A stretch of 64,000 bases of DNA from Candidatus Latescibacterota bacterium (GTDB lineage: Bacteria; Latescibacterota; UBA2968; GCA-2709665), in NCBI GenBank assembly GCA_965203805.1, contig OZ241917.1, positions 3,040,001 to 3,104,000 of the forward strand, read 5' to 3'. The notes beneath the pieces are model-generated. The model made no database searches. It was not told the DNA's origin and saw only the letters and a program-made list of their open reading frames with translations. The position numbers and the translations under genes were made by a program. Shown piece after piece: positions 30,963 to 40,670 of the stretch; the stretch's first letter is position 1; every line of letters starts with the position of its first letter.

Positions 30963-32231
30963 ATGGAGAACCGGGAAGGGATCGGAAACAACCTCGACAA
31001 GAACACGTATATACCCAGCGACGGCCACCATGCGTTTTACGCATCGGGACAGACGTATACGGGCGCGACCGGCGAACGCATCGTTGAAACGGTGACCTCC
31101 GAATGCCTCCAGTGGGTGACTCACGATGACGGACGCACAACGTTGGACGCCTGTTACGACGGCACCTGGCTCAGGATTTCCCAAGACAACGGAACACACT
31201 GGACGGATTGGGGACCGAGGGTGAGGTTCGACATTGGGATCAAGGAAGAACAGCTGATGCCGGCGGGATTCAGCCTGGATGCGAAGAACGACACCCTGGT
31301 GCGGTTCTTCCGTGGGCAGAAGGCCGATAAGAGCTGCTACGGATACATCAACCAGGGCGCTTACCGGGCGTATACCAGCATTTCCGGAGACCAGGGAGCA
31401 ACCTGGAGCGAGCCGGAGCAGATCATCTCCCGGGGTGACGGTTTTGACGCGGAACGCTGGGGTCCCGGCTTCGAATACGGCGTCCGAGGCGGGATCCTCA
31501 ACGGGAACCACTGCATCTGGCTGGAGGACGGGTCGGTGCTGGCGCCCTTCACGGAATACGAACGACTGGACGGTACCAGACCCTGGTGCTTCAGGGTGGT
31601 CTGCGCAAGGGGAAACTGGAAGGACGATATGAGCGGGCTTGACTGGGAGTTCGGGGACTTTATCGAGGTGCCGCTTGAGAAGTCCCGCATCGGATGCTGC
31701 GAGCCCTCGATCACGCCGCTGGAATCGGGTGCGCTGTTCGTCACGATGCGGTGTCAGGGGAATGAGGCCGAGGGCTCTTATACCCTACCGTATACCGCCG
31801 TTTCGGAGGATGGCGGAATGAGCTGGACGCCGCCGGAGCCGCTGACCTACGACGACGGTACGAACGTATGGACGCCCGCCTCGTGTACAGCTTTTTATGA
31901 TTCCTCCGTGACGGGAAAGACCTATTGGATTGCCAATATCCTGGACGGCCCCGTCTACGGCCAGATTCCTCGATATCCATTGCAGATCGCCGAATTCGAC
32001 ACGGTCAATGCGTGTATCGTAAAGGACTCGGTACGGCTCATTCAGGACCGGCCCGATGACGCGCACGAAAACGTGAGATATACCAACTTCGGGTGGTACG
32101 AAGACAGAAGAACGGGTCGGTTGATTATCACGCTTCCCGAGCAGTATCGCCGCATGGGCTGGGACGACATGGAGAAGCCCGAGGACTTCGCGGCGGATTG
32201 CGTGAAATACACGGTGGATATAGGCGGGTAG
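30963..32231 (+). CDS. Sialidase/BNR (Asp-box) beta-propeller protein
   Basis: Asp boxes SQDNGTHW, SGDQGATW, SEDGGMSW. Confidence 0.8.
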   Translation: MENREGIGNNLDKNTYIPSDGHHAFYASGQTYTGATGERIVETVTSECLQWVTHDDGRTTLDACYDGTWLRISQDNGTHWTDWGPRVRFDIGIKEEQLMPAGFSLDAKNDTLVRFFRGQKADKSCYGYINQGAYRAYTSISGDQGATWSEPEQIISRGDGFDAERWGPGFEYGVRGGILNGNHCIWLEDGSVLAPFTEYERLDGTRPWCFRVVCARGNWKDDMSGLDWEFGDFIEVPLEKSRIGCCEPSITPLESGALFVTMRCQGNEAEGSYTLPYTAVSEDGGMSWTPPEPLTYDDGTNVWTPASCTAFYDSSVTGKTYWIANILDGPVYGQIPRYPLQIAEFDTVNACIVKDSVRLIQDRPDDAHENVRYTNFGWYEDRRTGRLIITLPEQYRRMGWDDMEKPEDFAADCVKYTVDIGG

Positions 32232-32303
32232 ACGGGAGAGGGGAGATAATCAGAAAAACAGCTCACACAATGACCATCCTTTTTGCGCCGGCCCCAAGCC
32301 GCT

Positions 32304-32407
32304 CCCTGAGCTTGCGTTGCCCTGAGCCTGTCGAAGGGTCGGCGAAGGGTGGTTGAGCCAGTCGAAGAGTAGCCGAGTGCGGGCATTTCGACAAGCTCAA
32401 TGACCAC
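32304..32407. repeat. REP-like cluster (CTGAGCCTGTCGAAG / TTCGACAAGCTCA) between convergent genes
   Basis: Several direct and inverted copies of the TGAGCYNGTCGAA unit; related copy at 60913-60926. Confidence 0.65.
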
Positions 32408-32487
32408 GCTTTGACAGGTCGTTCCGACAAGAATATCGCAGGCACACCATACCCCTTTTGACGGAGCAGTCTTAAGACAACGCGAAA

Positions 32488-34182
32488 TCAGGACTCCACA
32501 TACCTGGAGATGAGGTCCGCAGTGGCCGCATCTCCTTTTTTCTGCGCCCAGGCCAGGGGCGCCGACCACTCGGCGCCGGCAAGCGTCGGGTCGGCGCCGC
32601 GTTCCAGATAGAGCTGCGCGAGATCGTACTTGCCCCACCGGACCGCCCAGCCCAGCGGCGTGGACTGCAGGAGATCGTCGATCACGTTCAGATCGGCGCC
32701 GTGGTCGAGGAGGATGGTGGCAAAGGCGATCCGCTCGGGCTCTGTCATAATCGGCTCTCCCCAGACGATGCCGCAGGCCGCCAGGTGATGCGCGAGCCGG
32801 TACCCGAATCGCCCCACCAGGTTCGGGCTGACGCCGTGGTCCAGAATCATGCGGAAGATTTCCGGATAGACCGTGCGGTCGAAGTCGCGGAATTTGCGGT
32901 GGGGATTCGTGCGCCAGAGCCGGAGGGGCTGTTCGAGCAGGCCGAACCAGCGGTTGTCATCGGGTTCCCAGTCAAGTTGCCGCAGGCACATCCCCACGAT
33001 ATTCGGGTCGCCGCCGCATCCCGCGGCCCAGAGCAGCTTCTCGGCGATCGACGGGTCGTTGTGGAGGGCGACGGCAGCGGCCGACGTCTCGGCTTCGAGT
33101 CCGGCGGTAATGTGATCCAGAATCCCGCCGTATCGAAACAGCAGTCCCTTCATCCTGTCGTCCCGGTTGTTGTACGCCGCGGCCACGGGATTCCCGCTGG
33201 CATAGATGCTGGCGTTGGGATCCGCACCGCTCTCGAGCAGGAGTTCGGCAATTTCATGGCGGGAATTGCCCGCCGCATTGGCCAGGGGTTCGCCCCACGA
33301 ATACGGCCTGGATTCGTAGTGGTGCAGCTGATGCCGGTCGTCCGGGTGCAGACCCAGGTCGAGCAGCAGGCGTACCATGTCGATATCGTCGTTCCGGACG
33401 GCGATCTGCAATAGGCCGTCCCTCTCGCTGTCGTTGGACCGGAAGCGTTCGGGATGTTTTTTTGCGAACGTGCGAACGAAGTCGAAATCGCCAAGCGCGA
33501 CCGCGGATTCGATCGATTGTTCGCATCCCGCCTGCAGCAGGATGCCGGCGCAGATCAGACACCCTTCGTTGAGCGGCCTGTTGCGCCCGCGTACATTGAG
33601 GACCGCGCCGTCCAGAGGCGATTGGCCCTCGGGCGTGAGGTGGGTGATATCGGCGCCGCGATCGAGCAGTTCGCGAACCAGCCGGTAACGGCCGTGCGAC
33701 GCGGCCGCGTGGATCACGCTGCCGCCGTTGCGATGACAGGCATCCAGCAGGTCGGACTGACGATCCAGGATGTCGAGCGCGGCCTGCTCCCGCCCCTCCC
33801 CGACGGCCTCGAACAGCGCGTCGTTCTCGTCGGTTATCGTGATATTCTTGCAGGCGGCCAGCTTGCGTTTTTCGTCTTCTTCCCTGATCACGTGGACGAT
33901 GTCGTCCAGGCCGCGTTCCCGCGCCATCGTAAACGCGCCGGTGGCGTCGCGGTGGGGGTAGATGCCCGAGTTGTGGTCCGCACCCGCTTCCATGAGAGCG
34001 CGGACCGCATCGATGCGCCGGTTCATCACCGCGTAGTGAATCGCGCGGTGCTCGTTGTTTTCGGCCATGTGGACGTTCACCAGATCGGGCTGCTCGCCAA
34101 GGATCTGTCTAATCCGCGAGACATCGCCGCTGCCTGCCGCCTCACATAGATCCGCGACCCTGTAGGATCCGTTGCCGGCCAT
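32488..34182 (-). CDS. Ankyrin-repeat protein
   Basis: Repeated ANK motifs (AIHYAV..GAD, VIHAAA..GAD, TPLGWAV..GAD). Confidence 0.88.
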   Translation of the reverse strand: MAGNGSYRVADLCEAAGSGDVSRIRQILGEQPDLVNVHMAENNEHRAIHYAVMNRRIDAVRALMEAGADHNSGIYPHRDATGAFTMARERGLDDIVHVIREEDEKRKLAACKNITITDENDALFEAVGEGREQAALDILDRQSDLLDACHRNGGSVIHAAASHGRYRLVRELLDRGADITHLTPEGQSPLDGAVLNVRGRNRPLNEGCLICAGILLQAGCEQSIESAVALGDFDFVRTFAKKHPERFRSNDSERDGLLQIAVRNDDIDMVRLLLDLGLHPDDRHQLHHYESRPYSWGEPLANAAGNSRHEIAELLLESGADPNASIYASGNPVAAAYNNRDDRMKGLLFRYGGILDHITAGLEAETSAAAVALHNDPSIAEKLLWAAGCGGDPNIVGMCLRQLDWEPDDNRWFGLLEQPLRLWRTNPHRKFRDFDRTVYPEIFRMILDHGVSPNLVGRFGYRLAHHLAACGIVWGEPIMTEPERIAFATILLDHGADLNVIDDLLQSTPLGWAVRWGKYDLAQLYLERGADPTLAGAEWSAPLAWAQKKGDAATADLISRYVES

Positions 34183-34293
34183 CTCTGTTCCTTTCCGGGT
34201 TTGCCCGTCACCCGATTTCGCCAGCGAAGGCTTCGCCGCTTGCGCATAACCTGAACTCGAATTTCCGAAACCGCAGGCCCCACCGTAAACAGC

Positions 34294-34851
34294 TCAAAGG
34301 CCGTACTCGAAGCTGAGTTCTCTCTTCACATCCGTTTTCTCGACGCTCCGTTTGATATCCTCCATCAAGTCCAGCCACCTGTGTTCCCTGAATTTCTCGA
34401 AGTCGAGGACGAATCCCGGTAGCGCCCTGCTCTCGATCCGGCCGGCCGGCTCCTGCCCGAGCACCTCGAATTTCCCGCCTCGAAGCTGGTACCACGTCGC
34501 CGGTTTGCCATTTTCCACGAACAACGCCTCCTGGACGCCGGAAGCTTCGTAAATCTGGCGTTTCTTTCCCAGATCCGTAAATCCGTGCTTGGACTCGATT
34601 TCAAGCACGAAATTCGGCGGCCCCTCGTAGACCTGATGATCGTGGTTCTTGTGGCAGATTTGCCGGGGTCCGTTTCTTCGCACGATAACGCCCACGTTCG
34701 GATAGACCATAACATCCGTCTTTCCGGCATAGCTGAGCCGTACCGGAGGGAAGAGGACCACGTCCATACCTGTAGCAATCATACGGTAGTAATTGATCAC
34801 GGTAAGCACGTCCGCATGAAATCGCGACACGTTCGCGTCGGGTATCCACAT
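34294..34851 (-). CDS. Uma2 family PD-(D/E)xK putative endonuclease
   Basis: EGPPNFVLEI, DLGKKRQIYEASGVQE, SRALPGF. Confidence 0.75.
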   Translation of the reverse strand: MWIPDANVSRFHADVLTVINYYRMIATGMDVVLFPPVRLSYAGKTDVMVYPNVGVIVRRNGPRQICHKNHDHQVYEGPPNFVLEIESKHGFTDLGKKRQIYEASGVQEALFVENGKPATWYQLRGGKFEVLGQEPAGRIESRALPGFVLDFEKFREHRWLDLMEDIKRSVEKTDVKRELSFEYGL

Positions 34852-34932
34852 GATTATCCTCCCTACGGTTCGATTCCGTTCGATGTCATCCCAATTGCTG
34901 TCTCAATTCGTCCTTAGCGTGGCTGGACGCAT

Positions 34933-37326
34933 TTATTCGCGGCGCAGAGCCTCTATGGGATTGGCGCTTGAGGCTCTAAAGCACTGGAATCCGACAACCA
35001 GCAACGTGCCGAGAACAGATCCCACCGCAGTGACAACAAAGGGGAACAGGCCCAGGTCCGCGCGATAGGCGAAATCCTGCAGCCAGTCCTGCATGAGGAC
35101 ATAAGCAAACGGCCATGCGATGAGATTGGCGATAAGCACCAGCCTGGTGAATTCGGCGCCCAACAGGAGCGCGATTCTGCCGAAGGATGCGCCGAAGACT
35201 CTGCGAATGCCAATCTCCTTGCGGCGGCGTTCGCCCGTGTGGGCGGCGAGACCAAGCAGGCCGATAGAGGCGATGAGAAACGAGACTCCGAATCCAACGG
35301 CAAATATGCGCTGGAAGCGCAGGTATTTTCCGTAATTGACCTCCAGCCGGTCATCGAGAAACGCATACCTGAATGGACGAACCGGGATGAAGGTCTTCCA
35401 GATTTCTTCGAGGCCATGCATGGTCTCGCCGATGTTTCCGGCTGCGAGTCGCAAGTTGACCACGCGAAAGGAACGCGGGCGCAAAACAAAGGCATTGGCG
35501 TGAAGTTTTTCAGTCAGCCGGCGCATGTGAAAGTCTTCTACGACGCCAATGATCCAGCCTTCATTATCCTGAAGTTTGAACGGTTTTCCAACGGGATTTT
35601 CAAGCCCGAGTTTCTCCACCGCTGTCTCGTTGAGAATATAGGCACGTTCGAAATCGCTTTTGATGCCAACGGAGAAATTGCGTCCCGCAAGGAGGTCCAC
35701 GCCAATCATGGGGAACAGATCTTCGTCAATGCTGTATTGCCGTATGTCGAACGCAGCGCCCGATGGATCGAGGACCATTTCCTTTCTGCTTGTCCAGCCT
35801 TCGCCCGGGAGGCTTGCGGATGCTGTTGCCGCCAGCACATCGGGGTGTTCGAGAAAGCGCCGCTTCACTTCGTTGTAGGTTTTCCTCAGCGATCCATCGA
35901 CGTCAAAGATGCGGAGCGCGAGGATGTTTTCTTTCTTGAATCCCAGGTCTTTATTCAGGACATAGTCGAGTTGGACAAAGGCGACAAGAGCGACAAAGAC
36001 GAGAAAGATGGAGATGGCGAACTGGATGATCACGAGAACCTTGCGGGGAAATGATCCGGTGGACCCCGAAGCGGTTTGGCTGTGCAATGCGGCAACAGGG
36101 GAAAATCGGCTGAGGAGAAAGGCTGGATAAATGCCCGAGAACAGACCGACCAGAACCGTTGCAGCCAGGAGTACAATCGCCATGTCCGGCTCCAGAAAGG
36201 CAGAGAGTGGTTCCGTCTGTCCAACGATTTGTTGCCAGTAAGGCCGGGTCATGCCCGTGAGGACGAGACACAAGGGCAGCGCGAGAAACGTGAGTAATAC
36301 AGACTCGAGAAGGAATTGGAGTGCCAACTGTCGATGGCCCGCGCCAACGACCTTTCGCATACCCACTTCTTTGGCCCGAAGGGCCGCACGCGCGGTCGAG
36401 AGATTGACAAAATTGATACTGGCGACGAATAAGACGAGCATGCCGATGGCGGTCAGGGCGCGAACCACTTTGAGATCGCCGGCGGCAATGCCGGTTCCCG
36501 GACCGCTGATGCCTTCGGGGAAATCTTCAAGGCCATGGAGACGCATTCGCAAGAGCGGTTGCAGGCGGTGGCTGGTTGTGTTTTCCGCGTTTTCTTCGGG
36601 TATCGCCAGCGCACGCAATTGCTGCTCGGTTCGCGCCGGATCTGCATCCGTGCGCAGGCGGATGAAGGTCTGCACCCACCGAAATGAGGTGCGGAATTCC
36701 CAGTTGGACCAGGCAGTGCGAACGCCTGCCGGAAGGGTGGCGGTTACAAAGTAAGGATTGAAATGCGTGTTCCGGGGTTGCTCGTCCAGAATTCCGGTGA
36801 CAATGTAATCGCCCCACTGACATTCGAGTACTTTGCCCATGGGGTCTTCCCCGGTCGGGAAGAATTCGTCAACTGCTTCTTGCGAGATAACCACACCGCC
36901 GGATCGTTTGAGCGCCTGGCTGCGATCGCCACGTTTTAGTTTGATCCCCCAGAATGCGAGATAGTTGGGATCGGCATACCAGAAAGCACGTCGTTGGGCA
37001 AACCGGCGATATCGCACCCATCGATGGCCGGGACGGATGCGGCTCGCCGATTCAATTGCGGCAATGGATTCGATCATTTCGGGAGTGAGCGCAGCGTGGG
37101 TGTCGACCTGGAAATCCATCTTGTACGGCGTGGTCAATTGCCGCAATACCCGGTACGTGCGATCGGCCCCGGGGCGAAACGTATCGAAGCTGGTTTCGTG
37201 AGCGACGTAGAGCCACGTCAGGAGCATGCACGTGAGACCAACGCTCAGGCCGAAGAGGTTGGCCAGCGTAACCCATCGCTGGCGAATGATGTGCCGGCAG
37301 GCGACTGTGAGAATATTGCGTAGAAT
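34933..37326 (-). CDS. MacB/FtsX-like ABC transporter permease (duplicated domain type); probable ATT start
   Basis: SINFVNLSTAR, KEVGMRKVVGA, KEIGIRRVFGA, NPIEALRRE; family-like N-terminus ILRNILTVACRH extends to 37326. Confidence 0.88.
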   Translation of the reverse strand: MLRNILTVACRHIIRQRWVTLANLFGLSVGLTCMLLTWLYVAHETSFDTFRPGADRTYRVLRQLTTPYKMDFQVDTHAALTPEMIESIAAIESASRIRPGHRWVRYRRFAQRRAFWYADPNYLAFWGIKLKRGDRSQALKRSGGVVISQEAVDEFFPTGEDPMGKVLECQWGDYIVTGILDEQPRNTHFNPYFVTATLPAGVRTAWSNWEFRTSFRWVQTFIRLRTDADPARTEQQLRALAIPEENAENTTSHRLQPLLRMRLHGLEDFPEGISGPGTGIAAGDLKVVRALTAIGMLVLFVASINFVNLSTARAALRAKEVGMRKVVGAGHRQLALQFLLESVLLTFLALPLCLVLTGMTRPYWQQIVGQTEPLSAFLEPDMAIVLLAATVLVGLFSGIYPAFLLSRFSPVAALHSQTASGSTGSFPRKVLVIIQFAISIFLVFVALVAFVQLDYVLNKDLGFKKENILALRIFDVDGSLRKTYNEVKRRFLEHPDVLAATASASLPGEGWTSRKEMVLDPSGAAFDIRQYSIDEDLFPMIGVDLLAGRNFSVGIKSDFERAYILNETAVEKLGLENPVGKPFKLQDNEGWIIGVVEDFHMRRLTEKLHANAFVLRPRSFRVVNLRLAAGNIGETMHGLEEIWKTFIPVRPFRYAFLDDRLEVNYGKYLRFQRIFAVGFGVSFLIASIGLLGLAAHTGERRRKEIGIRRVFGASFGRIALLLGAEFTRLVLIANLIAWPFAYVLMQDWLQDFAYRADLGLFPFVVTAVGSVLGTLLVVGFQCFRASSANPIEALRRE

Positions 37327-37329
37327 GAA

Positions 37330-39705
37330 TTATTCCTGGCTCAGGACGTCGACGGGGTTGGCACGGGCCGCGTTCCGGGCAAGATGAGCCACCGTCCCGG
37401 CGGCGATAAGGAGGGTGATGGACAGACTCAGGAGGAACGGCCAGACTGTGAGATCGATACGGTATGCAAAATTCCGCAGCCAGTCCTGTGTCAACAGATA
37501 GGCAACGGGACAGGCAACCGCCCCGGCCAGAAGGGCCAGTACCGGGAATTCCCGGGCAACCCGAAGCATGAGATGCCCCTCGGAAGCGCCCACGGCTTTG
37601 CGGATCGCGATCTCGCGGGTTCGCCGTTGTGCCGCAAATGCGGCGAGGCCCACCGTGCCCAGACACGCCAGGAGCACGGCGACGACGGCAGACCGGAATG
37701 CGAGCGCCCCCTGGCGGTGCTCATGACCGTACTTGGATTCCACGTAGTCTTCGATGAAGAAGCTCTCGAAAGGGACCGTCGGGACCAATTGAGACCAGAG
37801 CTCGTCAATGTCTGAAAGCGCTACCCGCTCACGATGGCGTTTGATCTTCAGATGCAGATATTTCAGATTCGGTCCCGCTGCCGACAACACCAGCGGGACC
37901 ATGGGTTCTCTCAGCGAGCGTACGTGAAAGTCCCGGATCACCCCCACGACCCGTACGGGTCGCCCATTGAGCAGGAACGCCTGTCCCACGGGCCGGGTCC
38001 AGCCGAATTTCTCCGCCGCCGTCTCGTTTATCATTACTTCGGTCACGTCGTCCCAACCGGTTGTCCGTTCGGCGTAAGCCTGCGAAAAACCCCTTCCCGA
38101 CAGAATCGGAATCTCATAACAATCGAGGAAATCTTCATTCGCTCGAAAAACCCGCGCTTCAAACTCTCGATCCGGCGAATCCACAGGCGATACAAACCTT
38201 CGTTTGGGCCAGCTGTGCCCCGGCAGGTCCAGGCTCGCGGCGGCCGATATGATATCGGGATGGTCCAGAAACCGCCGTTTGACCGCGTTATAGCGGCTGT
38301 TCAAGGGCAGTCGCTCGGCATCGGGTCCGAAAATCTTTACGACAACCACCCCTTCCCGCCGAAACCCCAGATCCCGCGTCCGCACCAGGTCCATCTGCAG
38401 ATAGACGACGAACGTGATCGCAATGAGGACTGTGGATGCCGCGAACTGCATAATCACCAGAAATCTGCGCACCCAGAGATCTCTCGGGAGTCCCCTGCGC
38501 AGGCCCCTGAATATATCCACCGGCTGGTGGGCCGACATGTAAAGACCGGGATAGATTCCGGATACGAGGCCGGTGATCGCGGTTACGGCGAGAATCCAGT
38601 GAATCTGTTCGACGACGTTGAAAACAAGCGGCTCGCCCATCAACGTCGAATACTGGGGCAGGAGGGCCCAGGTCAATCCGATGGATACCGGAAGCGCGGC
38701 AATGGTGAACAGAAGGGACTCACACAGGAATTGACCGACCACGTCACGGCGACGTGCGCCGGCGACCCTGCGAAGACCTGCCTCGCGGGCGCGAAGGGCC
38801 GACCTTGCGGTGGCCAGATTCATGAAGTTGATGCACGCGATGATGAGGATGCTCAGACCGAGGACCGATAACGGATAGAGATCGCGAACGTCGCCGTACA
38901 ACATCCCCGAGTCGCCCTTGAAACCCTCCAGGTCGATTTTGGAGTACAGGTGGATGCGCGGCATGGGCTGGAGCCGGTACGTCGCACGGCCGGAATCCGT
39001 GGGAAACCGGGCGGCAAGCGCCCGCTCCACCGCCGCGGTGTCCGCGTCCGGCCGCAGGCGGATGAAGATCGGCGCCGCCCGGATCGCCCAGTTGCCCGAC
39101 GTGAAATGCGTAACGCTGTCGAACTCGAAACGTGTATTGGTGGGAAGATTCTCCATGACGGCGATAACATTGAATGCCTGAACATGGGTTTCCCGCTGTA
39201 CCTCCACCGACCTGCCCACGGGATCCGCATCGCCGAACAACTTTCCTGCAAGGCTCCTCGTCAGCACTATGGACGCGTCACGGCGGGAAAGCGAGGCAGC
39301 ATCGCCGTGAACAACGTCGAGCCCGAAAAAGCCCAGGGCGTCGCCGTCGACGGGACAGAGGCGCTGGCGAAATATCCGGCCTTCCGCGCGAAACCAGGAG
39401 CTGATCTGGCGGTACTGGACCACATCCTCCACCTGGGGATGGTCATTGCGCAGACTCACGGCGACCTTCGCCGGCAGCGCGCTCTGCCATCGGATGCGGC
39501 CGCGCTGGTCGATGTTCTTTCTCATCACGCGGTAGACGCGATCCGCATGGGGACGAAAGTCGTCGTAGCTCATCTCATAGCGGATATACAGCATGATGAG
39601 CACGGCGCAGGTCAATCCGATCACCAGGCTGGCAACGCTGATCGCGGTGTACGTCCTGTTCCGGACCGCGTTGCGAATCGCGACTGTGAGGAAGTTGTAT
39701 AGAAT
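37330..39705 (-). CDS. MacB/FtsX-like ABC transporter permease; probable non-ATG start
   Basis: ACINFMNLATAR, REIAIRKAVGA, NPVDVLSQE; N-terminus ILYNFLTVAIRN extends to 39705. Confidence 0.88.
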   Translation of the reverse strand: MLYNFLTVAIRNAVRNRTYTAISVASLVIGLTCAVLIMLYIRYEMSYDDFRPHADRVYRVMRKNIDQRGRIRWQSALPAKVAVSLRNDHPQVEDVVQYRQISSWFRAEGRIFRQRLCPVDGDALGFFGLDVVHGDAASLSRRDASIVLTRSLAGKLFGDADPVGRSVEVQRETHVQAFNVIAVMENLPTNTRFEFDSVTHFTSGNWAIRAAPIFIRLRPDADTAAVERALAARFPTDSGRATYRLQPMPRIHLYSKIDLEGFKGDSGMLYGDVRDLYPLSVLGLSILIIACINFMNLATARSALRAREAGLRRVAGARRRDVVGQFLCESLLFTIAALPVSIGLTWALLPQYSTLMGEPLVFNVVEQIHWILAVTAITGLVSGIYPGLYMSAHQPVDIFRGLRRGLPRDLWVRRFLVIMQFAASTVLIAITFVVYLQMDLVRTRDLGFRREGVVVVKIFGPDAERLPLNSRYNAVKRRFLDHPDIISAAASLDLPGHSWPKRRFVSPVDSPDREFEARVFRANEDFLDCYEIPILSGRGFSQAYAERTTGWDDVTEVMINETAAEKFGWTRPVGQAFLLNGRPVRVVGVIRDFHVRSLREPMVPLVLSAAGPNLKYLHLKIKRHRERVALSDIDELWSQLVPTVPFESFFIEDYVESKYGHEHRQGALAFRSAVVAVLLACLGTVGLAAFAAQRRTREIAIRKAVGASEGHLMLRVAREFPVLALLAGAVACPVAYLLTQDWLRNFAYRIDLTVWPFLLSLSITLLIAAGTVAHLARNAARANPVDVLSQE

Positions 39706-39759
39706 CGTCGAACTCAGTGTTGCGCGTTCAGCGCCCGCTTGCGAAGTTCCTCGGCGGTT

Positions 39760-40548
39760 TCAGGATTCCCAAACGTACACTTTTTTACGGTAGACGGTCT
39801 CGAAACCATTGCGTTTCAGGTTGCCCAGCGAGGTCTTCAGCATCGCGAGGGTCTCGCTGCACGCCACCCGGCACCCCAGTTCCGCGGCGCGATTCAGGCG
39901 CGCCCTGATAAGCGCGTTCTGTCCGCCCTTCTTTCTGTGCGCCTCGGCGGTCCCCGCCCATCCGAGATAGGCGAAGTCGCCATCGCAGGCGAGGATGGCC
40001 GCGCTGACGGGCGCGCCGGCCTCGTACGCCATGAAATGCTCGAATCCGGCCTGCTCGATACTCTCGAAGAAAAACGAACTCGGCCAGGGCTCGAAGATGC
40101 GGACAACCGCATCCCTGTTCTCCTCGACCTCGCCGCGCGAAACGCGGCGCACTTCGAGAGGTGTCTGAAAGGGCGACCCGGGTTCAACGGTACGAATCAG
40201 CGTGGGATACGTGGTCCCCTTGAATGGCGTGAGACCGTTGTCCTGCAGCCACCCGCCGATCTCTTCTTCCTGTGGATTCGGGCTCAGCCAGAAGAAAAAC
40301 CGTTCGACCTCCGAATCCCTGAATACGCTCAGTATTTCCAATAAATCGGTCCGCGAAACCTTGCCCCCGCATCCGAAAAAATACACGCCGTTCCGGTTCG
40401 CTGATGGAAAAGGCGATGACGCGGAAGAAGGATCCAAAGTAACGATCGCGCTTTCGATTTGTACCTGCATCCTCGAATCGTGCGGGACGCAATCGAGTTC
40501 CTTTTGCCGGATCGCCATCAATCGTCGCGCAATTTCATCGGGTCTCAT
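39760..40548 (-). CDS. GNAT family acetyltransferase
   Basis: C-terminal GTAEAHRKKGGQ (motif A) and SLGNLKRNGF. Confidence 0.75.
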   Translation of the reverse strand: MRPDEIARRLMAIRQKELDCVPHDSRMQVQIESAIVTLDPSSASSPFPSANRNGVYFFGCGGKVSRTDLLEILSVFRDSEVERFFFWLSPNPQEEEIGGWLQDNGLTPFKGTTYPTLIRTVEPGSPFQTPLEVRRVSRGEVEENRDAVVRIFEPWPSSFFFESIEQAGFEHFMAYEAGAPVSAAILACDGDFAYLGWAGTAEAHRKKGGQNALIRARLNRAAELGCRVACSETLAMLKTSLGNLKRNGFETVYRKKVYVWES

Positions 40549-40600
40549 GTCGGTGGTCGCAGTGATGACGTGCGGTCTATGGTGATTCGATTCACTATCG

Positions 40601-40670
40601 TTACTCGTTTTCTCGTGCTTTTGTCGCGCTTATTGGTTTTCCTCGTTTTCTCGTGCCTTTCTCGTGCTTT
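40601..40670. repeat. Degenerate TTCTCGT(G/T) repeat tract just downstream of uvrA
   Basis: Several TTTCTCGTGC / CTCGTTTT units. Confidence 0.55.
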
